From a virus (Duplodnaviria > Caudoviricetes), in IMG/VR virus record IMGVR_UViG_3300046411_000790, positions 1 through 37,164 of that record: a DNA stretch of 37,164 nucleotides; one strand, given 5' to 3'. Shown here piece by piece: positions 27,024-34,806 of the stretch (position 1 is its first letter; every line of letters starts with the position of its first letter). The notes beneath the pieces are model-generated. The model was not told the DNA's origin. It searched no databases and worked only from the letters and a program-made list of their open reading frames with translations. The position numbers and the translations under genes are program-made.

Positions 27024-27563
27024 TTAAAACAAAGATTCCATCATGCGTGAGCTGGCTAAATTTACTGCGGCTGTCCATTGTTCCTCTTCATCAAAGTTAT
27101 AAAATATTTCTTGATTAGGTTCTACAATCAACCATGCTTTATGTTTATAAACTTCTGCTTGCAACTGAGGAATGATCCATGTACTCATTCCGCTCATCAA
27201 ACGCCAACAGTTTGGCATATTGTTTGATGCCATTTTATCTAACATAAGTTCGTCTGAACTGACACAGTTTCCGTGTGTTGCTTGAATAGTATTAGTAGAC
27301 ATCCAGTCGTTTGTGTGTAAAAGCAATAAACTTTGTTCACTGACTGGTCCACCTCGGTATAAACTTCCTGTGGCCCCGCTGTTGCTTTCTCCTCTCATGC
27401 TCTGAATATCATTTACTTTCATGTAACTAGGTTTATTTAGGATAAGTCCTATCACAACCTTGTCTGTTTGTTCGTAGATATACACAACACTCTTTTGAAA
27501 GTGTGGGTCTTTCATAACATGAGGCTTGGCAACTAGTAATTTGCCTTTGAAGTTATCTAGCAT
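27024..27563 (-). CDS. YqgE/AlgH (DUF179) family protein
   Basis: GKLLVAKP..DPHFQKSVVYI, GLILNKP, GGPV, LLH and QLQAEV...W motifs. Confidence 0.88.
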   Translation of the reverse strand: MLDNFKGKLLVAKPHVMKDPHFQKSVVYIYEQTDKVVIGLILNKPSYMKVNDIQSMRGESNSGATGSLYRGGPVSEQSLLLLHTNDWMSTNTIQATHGNCVSSDELMLDKMASNNMPNCWRLMSGMSTWIIPQLQAEVYKHKAWLIVEPNQEIFYNFDEEEQWTAAVNLASSRMMESLF

Positions 27564-27565
27564 GA

Positions 27566-27808
27566 CTAACTATAGTCCGGTAATGGTCCGCCGTACTTTT
27601 TGCCTTTGATCTTTTTGCCGCCGACTGTGACTCTTTTGTCTTTACTAACTTTATGAGACTTTCTTCCTGAACGTGAACGTAACCCTTGACTCTTACAACT
27701 AGCTACAGCACTTGCACCTATGTCGTGATTAGGTCGAGATGAACGGCAAAGAGCTTTACTAGCCTGCCATTCTAGTTCCATTGTTTCATCTAAGTCTTTT
27801 ATTTTCAT
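27566..27808 (-). CDS. Small basic protein (MKIKDL start)
   Basis: Lys/Arg-rich; ATAAATA 8 nt upstream. Confidence 0.7.
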   Translation of the reverse strand: MKIKDLDETMELEWQASKALCRSSRPNHDIGASAVASCKSQGLRSRSGRKSHKVSKDKRVTVGGKKIKGKKYGGPLPDYS

Positions 27809-27809
27809 G

Positions 27810-28073
27810 CTATCTATATTTATCCGCTAGGCACACCTCATTATCATCTAACGAACTATTATTCATTAGACTAAATGTAAGAGCTTTTCTAGTGCCACGG
27901 GTTGTGCCTAGAACGACTTCTCCTGACTTTTCATGATATTCAATTTTTGTGATTTTTGCAGGCTTCTTAGAATTACCCACAAGAATTTGTTGACCTAATT
28001 CAAAGGCCAAATTAATGTTTCTCAATGTCATTGGATTCTCCATAATTGGTGTGTCCCTTTCTACTTTGGACAA
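27810..28073 (-). CDS. Hypothetical protein (start uncertain)
   Basis: ORF track; late box upstream. Confidence 0.6.
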   Translation of the reverse strand: MSKVERDTPIMENPMTLRNINLAFELGQQILVGNSKKPAKITKIEYHEKSGEVVLGTTRGTRKALTFSLMNNSSLDDNEVCLADKYR

Positions 28074-28157
28074 TATTATTTATTCTTGTATCTTCCGAAT
28101 TAACTGCTACTGGAATAGGCCCCGCTGTTGTGGTCTGTCTTTTGGTTAAATACTATT

Positions 28158-28349
28158 ATGAGATACCAACTACTCAACGATGATATTGGTAATTTCCTAA
28201 TTATCGATACCTGGGCAAATCATATTTTGGCAAAGGTGACTACCATTGAACTAGGTGCTCGCATTAGTCAGAACCTCAACAAACGACTTGGAACTAAAAA
28301 ATATTTGAACGAACTTCGCCAAAAAGTCTTGACAAACGACAACATATAA
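28158..28349 (+). CDS. Hypothetical protein (MRYQLL...)
   Basis: TAAATA 5 nt upstream of ATG 28158. Confidence 0.6.
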   Translation: MRYQLLNDDIGNFLIIDTWANHILAKVTTIELGARISQNLNKRLGTKKYLNELRQKVLTNDNI

Positions 28350-28393
28350 TATAGTATATAGAGGTAAGTTTAATTATTTAGAAAGTAAAAACA

Positions 28394-28501
28394 ATGTCGT
28401 ACTTAACTATTCTTGGCAGTCTATTCATAATACAAATAGTCGCCAGTGCAGTTTCTGGTGATCCAGCACCATTTATGATTTGTGTTTCAGGTTGTAATTA
28501 A
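28394..28501 (+). CDS. 35-aa membrane peptide
   Basis: Translated by hand as MSYLTILGSLFIIQIVASAVSGDPAPFMICVSGCN; follows a TTGACA-17-TAGTAT promoter at 28329-28357. Confidence 0.5.
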   Translation: MSYLTILGSLFIIQIVASAVSGDPAPFMICVSGCN

Positions 28502-28502
28502 T

Positions 28503-28739
28503 ATGAGATCAATACTATTATTACTATTAGCAATGAGTTTAAGTGCCTGTGGTGCAACGACTCAACAGACTGTTCTCAATGAATGGTGGACGTCTAATGT
28601 CAATCCAACGGGACTAACGTCTTATGATCCACCTAACGGCGATTGGACATTCATCCGCAACGAACCTAATGCCGCTCAGCGTCAAGCCGAGAGAGTGCAA
28701 GGTTGGAAGTGGGGAGATGATACTCCTCCTAAATACTAA
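28503..28739 (+). CDS. Lipoprotein
   Basis: MRSILLLLLAMSLSA-C lipobox. Confidence 0.7.
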   Translation: MRSILLLLLAMSLSACGATTQQTVLNEWWTSNVNPTGLTSYDPPNGDWTFIRNEPNAAQRQAERVQGWKWGDDTPPKY

Positions 28740-28744
28740 TATAC

Positions 28745-28821
28745 CTGCCCCTAGCTCAGCTGGATAGAGCGTCGGTTTGCGGAACCGGAGGCCAGGGGTT
28801 CGAATCCCTTGGGGCAGGCCA
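28745..28821 (+). tRNA. tRNA-Arg (anticodon GCG)
   Basis: Full cloverleaf: CTGCCCC/GGGGCAG acceptor, GCTC/GAGC D arm, TCGGT-TTGCGGA-ACCGG anticodon arm, TTCGAAT loop, encoded CCA. Confidence 0.92.
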
Positions 28822-28857
28822 ATAAGAAATCTTTTTAATTCATCCATCCAAAATAGG

Positions 28858-28886
28858 TTGACTTTCTTCACGACTGATCGTATACT
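28858..28886 (+). promoter_or_regulatory. Early sigma70 promoter
   Basis: TTGACT-17-TATACT with GATCG before the -10. Confidence 0.85.
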
Positions 28887-28918
28887 ATATAGATAATAAG
28901 GCAAACAGAGAGGCACAA

Positions 28919-29152
28919 ATGATTTATTCAGTTTTAGAAAGCAATATGCGAGAGGCTATTGCAAATCCAGACAATCAATTTAAAGACGGTTCTATCAATT
29001 GGAACTTCGTAGACGCAGATGCATATCATGCCTGCCATAACTTTTTCCGAAGCGATGCAGACTTTTACGAATCATTTCACGACATTGCAGAAAAGATTGC
29101 AAATGAAATGAATCCTAAGACAAATGAAATTCAACTTGAGATGGAGGTATAA
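28919..29152 (+). CDS. Early hypothetical protein
   Basis: SD GAGG; directly after the promoter. Confidence 0.75.
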   Translation: MIYSVLESNMREAIANPDNQFKDGSINWNFVDADAYHACHNFFRSDADFYESFHDIAEKIANEMNPKTNEIQLEMEV

Positions 29153-29154
29153 GA

Positions 29155-29481
29155 ATGTTTTATATTTACGAAAAAAGTTCTACATATATTATAGGCAAGC
29201 CAGATAGAAATGGTGTTGCTCGTCCTGACCACAGGCAGTATTACAAAACGATGTCTGCCGCCAAAGCAGGGCTCACTCGAATTGCAAAGGCAGAAGGTTT
29301 GTTAGAAACTGATGACAACCATGCGTTCTTCCGATATGCGATTGCAGAAACAGAATACTTCCACAAGAGCATTGAAGCAAGTCGAAAGGCAAAGAACTTG
29401 ATGAGTGGCGAGTGGTTCGTAGAGCCAATAAACACCCCAGGTTATATGAGCCCGGCACGTGAATCTTATTGGAGTATGTAA
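29155..29481 (+). CDS. Early hypothetical protein (NTPGYMSPARESYWSM tail)
   Basis: SD GGAGG. Confidence 0.75.
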   Translation: MFYIYEKSSTYIIGKPDRNGVARPDHRQYYKTMSAAKAGLTRIAKAEGLLETDDNHAFFRYAIAETEYFHKSIEASRKAKNLMSGEWFVEPINTPGYMSPARESYWSM

Positions 29482-29491
29482 CCAAAAGTGG

Positions 29492-29520
29492 TTGACCTTT
29501 GACAGGTTTGATCATATAAT
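29492..29520 (+). promoter_or_regulatory. Early sigma70 promoter
   Basis: TTGACC-17-TATAAT with GATCA before the -10. Confidence 0.85.
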
Positions 29521-29557
29521 GTTTATATTAATTAGGCAAACAGAGAGGCAAAAATAA

Positions 29558-29917
29558 ATGAACTATACAGTAGAACAAATCCAAGACATTCTAGCAGAAG
29601 CGAAACAGAAAGCCAAAAATGCGGCACAGACTTATGTTGATGAATGGACAGAAAAAACAGGTGGTAATGAATACGGTGAGCCAATGTATTGTGGTTTCGC
29701 AAGTGTTAATATTCATGGCATCAAAGGCAATACAAAATTAGGTAGGGCAATGAAGCAGGCAGGCATTAGAAAAGATTTTTCAGGTGCTTTTAATATATGG
29801 AACCCAAGTGAATGGGGCGGACAGAGTATGGACGTCAAAGAAGCAGGTGCCCAAGCGGCGGCAGATGTTTTTAGAAATTATGGCTTCAATGCTTATATGA
29901 CTTCGAGGGCAGATTAA
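29558..29917 (+). CDS. Early hypothetical protein (CGFA...QSMDVKE)
   Basis: SD GAGG; directly after the promoter. Confidence 0.78.
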   Translation: MNYTVEQIQDILAEAKQKAKNAAQTYVDEWTEKTGGNEYGEPMYCGFASVNIHGIKGNTKLGRAMKQAGIRKDFSGAFNIWNPSEWGGQSMDVKEAGAQAAADVFRNYGFNAYMTSRAD

Positions 29918-30123
29918 TGAGTAAGGTAAAAAATTGGTTGATGGACCTAGAAGATCAATTCTATGACATTGCTGAAAAGACTGTAGGCGAGTGCGAATCA
30001 TTTCAAGAGTTTAATGCAAAGATGAAACCACACTTCAATTTGATGACAGGTTTACATTCCGAAGATGAAGTTAACGAGTGTCTTTCAGATGCATGGCAAG
30101 AGAAATGGTCCGAGTATGCCTAA
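29917..30123 (+). CDS. Early hypothetical protein
   Basis: TAATG coupling. Confidence 0.72.
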   Translation: MSKVKNWLMDLEDQFYDIAEKTVGECESFQEFNAKMKPHFNLMTGLHSEDEVNECLSDAWQEKWSEYA

Positions 30124-30337
30124 ATATCAAAAAAAATATCTAATGCCGACCTTGTTCGATCCGAAAGACCACGTATGGGTTGGCATTACTTGGCCAGTCA
30201 CAGGCTCTACAGGAAATGAATATTCTGTAGAACTAACCGACAAAGGTTTTGAATGTGACTGTAAAGGATTTGGTTGGCATGGCTATTGTAAGCATTCAAG
30301 AGCCGTTGTCAAACAAGTTGAAGGAGCAATGAGATGA
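30116..30337 (+). CDS. SWIM zinc-finger protein
   Basis: GSTGNEYSV...CDC...CKH. Confidence 0.8.
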   Translation: MPKYQKKYLMPTLFDPKDHVWVGITWPVTGSTGNEYSVELTDKGFECDCKGFGWHGYCKHSRAVVKQVEGAMR

Positions 30338-30356
30338 ACCCGGAGGACGAGTACGG

Positions 30357-30539
30357 ATGGTAGAGTTTTTTATATTTGGGGCCTATGTGGTAGGCACAGG
30401 TTTTGGCTGGTGGGTTGGAAGACGATCTGGTATGACACAAGGTATCGCTCAGACAGTTGATAGTCTAATAGATCAAGGCTTTCTTAAATTCAAAGGTCAT
30501 AAAAACAATCCAGAAATAAAGAAATGGAACGAAGATTAA
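30357..30539 (+). CDS. Small membrane protein
   Basis: N-terminal TM segment. Confidence 0.6.
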   Translation: MVEFFIFGAYVVGTGFGWWVGRRSGMTQGIAQTVDSLIDQGFLKFKGHKNNPEIKKWNED

Positions 30540-30553
30540 TTGTCCAAAAGAGG

Positions 30554-30582
30554 TTGACTTTTAGGTCGACTGACCATATACT
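30554..30582 (+). promoter_or_regulatory. Early sigma70 promoter
   Basis: TTGACT-17-TATACT. Confidence 0.85.
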
Positions 30583-30616
30583 GTATAAACAATAAGGCAA
30601 CAGAAAGAGGGAAAAT

Positions 30617-30916
30617 ATGTCAAATTTAGTAACCAAGGCAAGCGAACTTATCTATCAAATGGATGGGGATCAACTTCAACAGATAGTTGAAGCAATTCAA
30701 TTGAAGCGACAGTTTTTAGCCAAACAGGCTATTAGGAATTTTATTGTAGGCGATATGGTTCAGTTCACTTCTAAAAGAACAGGTGGCAAGATTAATGCTA
30801 CGGTTGAAAAAGTGAATAAGAAATATGTTATCGTTTCTACTCACATTGGTGGAGAGAAGTGGCGAGTACCTGCTACGATGCTTACCAAGTTATCGGATAT
30901 TAAGGCGAGTGCTTAA
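30617..30916 (+). CDS. Early protein with SH3/KOW-like C-terminus
   Basis: FIVGDMVQF...VEKVNKK...WRVPA; SD GAGG. Confidence 0.72.
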   Translation: MSNLVTKASELIYQMDGDQLQQIVEAIQLKRQFLAKQAIRNFIVGDMVQFTSKRTGGKINATVEKVNKKYVIVSTHIGGEKWRVPATMLTKLSDIKASA

Positions 30917-31134
30917 TGGGACCTTATTCAGAGGCAAAACAATATCAAAGGGCAGAGGCTATTCAGCGTCTGCTCGATACCAATCCTGATTTAGATCCTC
31001 TATATAAAGCAATGTGGAAGAAGCATCTTACAAATCTTGCTCTGAATGAAACCACATATAATTATAGAGTGAAGCACGTCTATTCGTTGCTAAAACCTAG
31101 ACACAGGAGTTGGGTAACCTATGGAGGCGATTAA
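30916..31134 (+). CDS. Early hypothetical protein
   Basis: TAATG coupling. Confidence 0.68.
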   Translation: MGPYSEAKQYQRAEAIQRLLDTNPDLDPLYKAMWKKHLTNLALNETTYNYRVKHVYSLLKPRHRSWVTYGGD

Positions 31135-31313
31135 TGTTTAAGGCAATTTTATATTTGACTATTGGTGCATCAATGGCATATCTTTATCTAAACGGAGGAC
31201 ATGAAGGTATCTTTGATATGTTTAGAAGTTGGATTCATTCTTTTGCAGAATGGCTTGCAGATGTGACTACCAAAGAACTAACTATTAGTGGAATTATGGA
31301 GAGCACAAAATGA
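31134..31313 (+). CDS. Small membrane protein
   Basis: SD GGAGG; TAATG coupling; start MFKAIL. Confidence 0.65.
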   Translation: MFKAILYLTIGASMAYLYLNGGHEGIFDMFRSWIHSFAEWLADVTTKELTISGIMESTK

Positions 31314-31576
31314 TTGATATAACAGAAATTGAAGTAGGCAAATCTTATGCCTGCAAGTTTAAGGTAGAACATATTTTAGATGAGTTTGGTCGTATACCTG
31401 GCCTAAGTGATGTACCATTACAAGGATTAGGTTGGTATGAAGGTACTGGCATTCTTCAAGTAAGGGATTCGGTAGGCAAGCGAGTTCAACTGAAAGACGA
31501 AAAGAGCGGAAAAGAATTTGTCGTTCCCTTTTCACAGATATGGGATATTGACGTAGCAGAATACGTAGAGGAATAA
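31310..31576 (+). CDS. Early hypothetical protein
   Basis: ATGA coupling; SD GGAG. Confidence 0.7.
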   Translation: MIDITEIEVGKSYACKFKVEHILDEFGRIPGLSDVPLQGLGWYEGTGILQVRDSVGKRVQLKDEKSGKEFVVPFSQIWDIDVAEYVEE

Positions 31577-31577
31577 A

Positions 31578-32090
31578 ATGAAAGACACACCTATCATCAC
31601 AGCCGCTAAGATGTTGGCCGGTGAAGCTCACAAAGGACAGATGAGAAAGTATGGCGGATTGCCTTACATCATTCACCCTATTGAGGTAGCAACCATCGTT
31701 GAAGAAGCAGGTGGCACTGACGATATGATTGCGGCCGCTTTATTGCATGACGTGGTAGAAGATTGCCCAGGGTATACCTTTGAGACTATCGCAGACAAAG
31801 TGAGTCCAAAGGTTGCTGAGTTGGTTAGAGGTATGACAGAAGCATCTAAGCCTGAAGATGGCAACAGAGCTACTAGGAAAGAAATAGATAAAAACTTCTT
31901 AGCAGAGCAGAGTGCAGAAGTCCAGACCATTAAGTATGCCGATGTCATTTCGAATAGCAAAGACATTAGAGTATACGATCCTAAGTTCGCAGAGGTTTAT
32001 TTCACAGAGATCAAAGCCTTGTTAGAAGTTATGGACAAAGGCGATCCTGCATTGTATCAGAAAGCCAAAGAAATTGTCTACTCCTCTTAG
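31578..32090 (+). CDS. HD-domain small alarmone hydrolase-like protein (Mesh1/SpoT-HD family)
   Basis: AHKGQMRK, PYIIHP, AALLHDVVED and IKYADVISN motifs. Confidence 0.88.
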   Translation: MKDTPIITAAKMLAGEAHKGQMRKYGGLPYIIHPIEVATIVEEAGGTDDMIAAALLHDVVEDCPGYTFETIADKVSPKVAELVRGMTEASKPEDGNRATRKEIDKNFLAEQSAEVQTIKYADVISNSKDIRVYDPKFAEVYFTEIKALLEVMDKGDPALYQKAKEIVYSS

Positions 32091-32481
32091 AGACGACCTT
32101 ATGGTCCAACAACAGATTGATGGCCCCTGGCAACATATGGTAGGGGTCATTATGCTTAACCTCACAGGTAGGAAACAAGTGAAGAAGGTACTGCCTAATT
32201 TCTTAGCACGTTGGCCTAACCCAGAGTCTTTGCTCCATGCAACCAGCAGACAGATAGAAAAAGTAATTGAACCTTTAGGAATGAAAAAGGTTAGAGCAGA
32301 GAGACTGTATCGAATGAGTGAACAGTTTTTAGATTGGGACGGAGAAGATGCCACAGAACTTTATGGCATCGGCAAATATGGTTCCGATTCATATAGATTA
32401 TTTTTTAAGAAAGAATTGCCCAAAGACGTAGGAGACCACGAACTCCAAAGATATGTCGAAGAGGAGTTTGTTGGCCTGTAG
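32074..32481 (+). CDS. HhH-GPD DNA glycosylase, MBD4-like
   Basis: PW...LN.T, PLG...RA, ELYGIGKYGSDSYRLF and DHEL..Y match the MBD4 catalytic domain pattern. Confidence 0.85.
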   Translation: MSTPLRDDLMVQQQIDGPWQHMVGVIMLNLTGRKQVKKVLPNFLARWPNPESLLHATSRQIEKVIEPLGMKKVRAERLYRMSEQFLDWDGEDATELYGIGKYGSDSYRLFFKKELPKDVGDHELQRYVEEEFVGL

Positions 32482-32546
32482 TTCAGTGGTAGAACCAACC
32501 GCTCATAACGGTTTTGTCGTCGGTTCGAATCCGGCCGGGCCAACCA
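32472..32546 (+). tRNA. tRNA with CAT anticodon, probably tRNA-Ile2 (lysidine); elongator Met not excluded
   Basis: Cloverleaf with TGGCCTG/CGGGCCA acceptor, AACCG-CTCATAA-CGGTT anticodon arm, CCA end; paired 1-72 and no 3 G-C anticodon-stem pairs, so not an initiator. Confidence 0.88.
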
Positions 32547-32566
32547 CCTCTTTCCCTCCAAAAGAC

Positions 32567-32595
32567 TTGACTTTTATATCTATTGATCGTATACT
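32567..32595 (+). promoter_or_regulatory. Early sigma70 promoter
   Basis: TTGACT-17-TATACT with GATCG. Confidence 0.85.
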
Positions 32596-32631
32596 GTATA
32601 GACAATAAGGAAACAATTATCGGAGGGCGAT

Positions 32632-32862
32632 ATGTCTACAGATCTTAAATCACACGCCAATGGCGTTTCATTAACAAGATTCTTCGGCGGTAAAGAACGA
32701 GGATCTTGTGTCCAAGTCACCCACAAGCGATTTGACCCAACTGAAAATAGAGGACCTGCGGATAAGTTTTTTGATTCAGTTCAATTGACTAGAGCACAGG
32801 CGGCGGCGTTGGCGGCAGACTTGTTAGATTTTGCACAGGGTAGAGAACAAGAAGATGTTTGA
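32632..32862 (+). CDS. Early hypothetical protein (LTRFFGGKERGSCVQVT)
   Basis: SD GGAGG. Confidence 0.75.
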   Translation: MSTDLKSHANGVSLTRFFGGKERGSCVQVTHKRFDPTENRGPADKFFDSVQLTRAQAAALAADLLDFAQGREQEDV

Positions 32863-33076
32863 CGAAGGCGATTGGGTCAAGCTGAAAGGCAAGACCCGAC
32901 ACGGAAAGAACAGAATTAATCAACATGGTAATCATTGGCTTGTGACCCATGTTGGTAAGTTTCAAGGACAGCCTGCGGTTATGTTGAGGAGCATGAAGCA
33001 GACAGATAGAGGAAACTTTGATGGACGTTGGGTTCAACTCAACGATGATAGCAATTTCGAAATGGAGAAAGCATAA
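32855..33076 (+). CDS. Early hypothetical protein (LKGKTRHGKNRINQHG)
   Basis: ATG 32855; coupled to neighbours. Confidence 0.72.
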   Translation: MFDEGDWVKLKGKTRHGKNRINQHGNHWLVTHVGKFQGQPAVMLRSMKQTDRGNFDGRWVQLNDDSNFEMEKA

Positions 33077-33351
33077 TGGCATACCTAACTTATACTATCG
33101 ATCCTATAGGATCTTTTGTTGAAAAAGATGTAGGCAATACCTTTGAATTCTCAAACAATGATGAGCCTATGAATGTGATGGAAGACTTCCCACATAAGGT
33201 ATGGGTAGCATCAGGTCAGATTGGAGGCGACAGTGGCTATCGTTATGCCCACGTCAAAAAGACTGTGGCCTACATTGCGGTAGACGAAGATGAATTCGGC
33301 CTACCTGTAATAGAAAAGTGGAACCTCAAAAAGAGAACGGATTATGTCTAA
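33076..33351 (+). CDS. Early hypothetical protein
   Basis: TAATG coupling; SD GGAG. Confidence 0.72.
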   Translation: MAYLTYTIDPIGSFVEKDVGNTFEFSNNDEPMNVMEDFPHKVWVASGQIGGDSGYRYAHVKKTVAYIAVDEDEFGLPVIEKWNLKKRTDYV

Positions 33352-33514
33352 GAATAAAGGACGCAGACCTCAAGCATCGAAGATCTGGGAATTGAAGCCT
33401 AGAAACTTTATTGCCAAGGCCCTACGTCATGACGAAGAATTTCGTCCTAAAGTGATTAAAGATAAACGAAAGAAGAAACCAAAGTATCCATTGAATATGG
33501 ATTTAGAAGAGTAG
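33344..33514 (+). CDS. 56-aa basic protein with an ArfA-like motif
   Basis: Translated by hand; RNFIAKALRHDEEFRPKVIKDKRKKK; not in the ORF track. Confidence 0.6.
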   Translation: MSKNKGRRPQASKIWELKPRNFIAKALRHDEEFRPKVIKDKRKKKPKYPLNMDLEE

Positions 33515-33522
33515 GATAGAGA

Positions 33523-33831
33523 ATGAAATATTTGGTACTGGCAACATTTTATGCCACTTCAGCAATGGCAGTAGATAATTCGGCCATCACCCTTTGCAAA
33601 GAGAAATATGGATACAATGGTGTGAATAATTCAGACCTAATGAAGATTGCGGCCTGTATCGACAGCGAAAGGAATAGTGTCGCCCATACAGAAGAAGATA
33701 GGATATGGGAGTTTCTAAAAGCAAATCCTCACTATCGATATTCAGGTGTGGCTCTACCTGCAGGTGCAAGAAATCCTTTGCCCAAGTGTTGGGGTAGAAA
33801 TAGAAAGTATGGTAATCCTTTAGGTTGTTAA
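33523..33831 (+). CDS. Secreted Cys-containing hypothetical protein
   Basis: Signal peptide ending AMA. Confidence 0.68.
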   Translation: MKYLVLATFYATSAMAVDNSAITLCKEKYGYNGVNNSDLMKIAACIDSERNSVAHTEEDRIWEFLKANPHYRYSGVALPAGARNPLPKCWGRNRKYGNPLGC

Positions 33832-33841
33832 CCAATTGTGG

Positions 33842-33870
33842 TTGACTTTTCAGACTAATGATCATATAAT
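33842..33870 (+). promoter_or_regulatory. Early sigma70 promoter
   Basis: TTGACT-17-TATAAT with GATCA. Confidence 0.85.
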
Positions 33871-33900
33871 GTTTATATAATAACAAATTAGGAGGGCTTC

Positions 33901-34101
33901 ATGAATAAGAAATATATACAAATTGGAACTAAGGTCAGCACCCAATGGGGCGATGCTAAAATCACAGGCATTGAACTTTGTCAGAACGGTGAGAAGTATG
34001 GTATCGATCAAAAGAAAGTTTTCGTAGAAGACAAAGACAGATGCACGTTTGATATGGACAATGGACATTGGTCATATGGTTATCAAATTCAACCAATATA
34101 G
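33901..34101 (+). CDS. Early hypothetical protein (DMDNGHWSYGYQI)
   Basis: SD AGGAGG. Confidence 0.75.
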   Translation: MNKKYIQIGTKVSTQWGDAKITGIELCQNGEKYGIDQKKVFVEDKDRCTFDMDNGHWSYGYQIQPI

Positions 34102-34102
34102 G

Positions 34103-34131
34103 TTGACTTCTGAATAGAAAGATCGTATACT
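34103..34131 (+). promoter_or_regulatory. Early sigma70 promoter
   Basis: TTGACT-17-TATACT with GATCG. Confidence 0.85.
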
Positions 34132-34149
34132 GTATAGACAATAAAGAAT

Positions 34150-34238
34150 TAGAAAGTGGTTATGAATGGTGAATACTAGTTGGCGTTATATTAAACCAGA
34201 GTCCGATCATTTGCGAACCAAGGCTCGGCCACTTTCTA
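34150..34238 (+). ncRNA. Long stem-loop RNA in an early 5' leader
   Basis: 12-bp closing stem TAGAAAGTGGTT/GGCCACTTTCTA plus inner TGAATGGT/ATCATTTG helix. Confidence 0.45.
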
Positions 34239-34267
34239 CCTTAAACAATTTAACTGGAGGGCATCCT

Positions 34268-34624
34268 ATGGAAGACAATTTCGAAACATTAAACAATCAT
34301 TATAATAACCTAAAATCAGAACTAGGTTATGAAACAGTATTCGACGCAATGGATACCGTGAAGCCTTTAGACTACAAATATTTCACAGACGACAAGCCGT
34401 TGATGATTACCTACAAGGTGATCAAAGACATGGGTCCGACAATGGACGACACAGAATGGATGACATTCACTGCCGTTGCAAAGGATGGCACGTTAGGTGA
34501 GCTATGGAAGGCTGGTGAGTCATTGTTCCAACAGGCCAAACTGGCTGTAGGTGATTGGCATTATTTTATCGAAGGCTTCGACGAAGCAGATGATGGATCA
34601 TTAGAACTGGTCACAGGTTCTTAA
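34268..34624 (+). CDS. Early hypothetical protein (GDWHYFIEGF...LVTGS)
   Basis: SD GGAGG before ATG 34268. Confidence 0.75.
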   Translation: MEDNFETLNNHYNNLKSELGYETVFDAMDTVKPLDYKYFTDDKPLMITYKVIKDMGPTMDDTEWMTFTAVAKDGTLGELWKAGESLFQQAKLAVGDWHYFIEGFDEADDGSLELVTGS

Positions 34625-34806
34625 TGAGAATTATTTTAATATTGGCACTGGCATTCTCTTTGAGTGCCTGTGGCTCCCATACAATCAAACAAATCAACAA
34701 GGTTAGAATGATCGGTACCCTTTCTAAAGCAGGGGTCACCGAAGAAGCAACCAATTGCATCAAAGATATCTTCGACCCTAATAATAGAGGAAGTGGGTGC
34801 AATTAA
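34624..34806 (+). CDS. Lipoprotein
   Basis: LSA-C lipobox; TAATG coupling. Confidence 0.68.
   Translation: MRIILILALAFSLSACGSHTIKQINKVRMIGTLSKAGVTEEATNCIKDIFDPNNRGSGCN

Noticed and set aside
34205-34226. 6S RNA identity from the GAACCAAGG match
   Set aside because: Only a 9-nt match and the element is about half the size of 6S RNA; not enough to name it.
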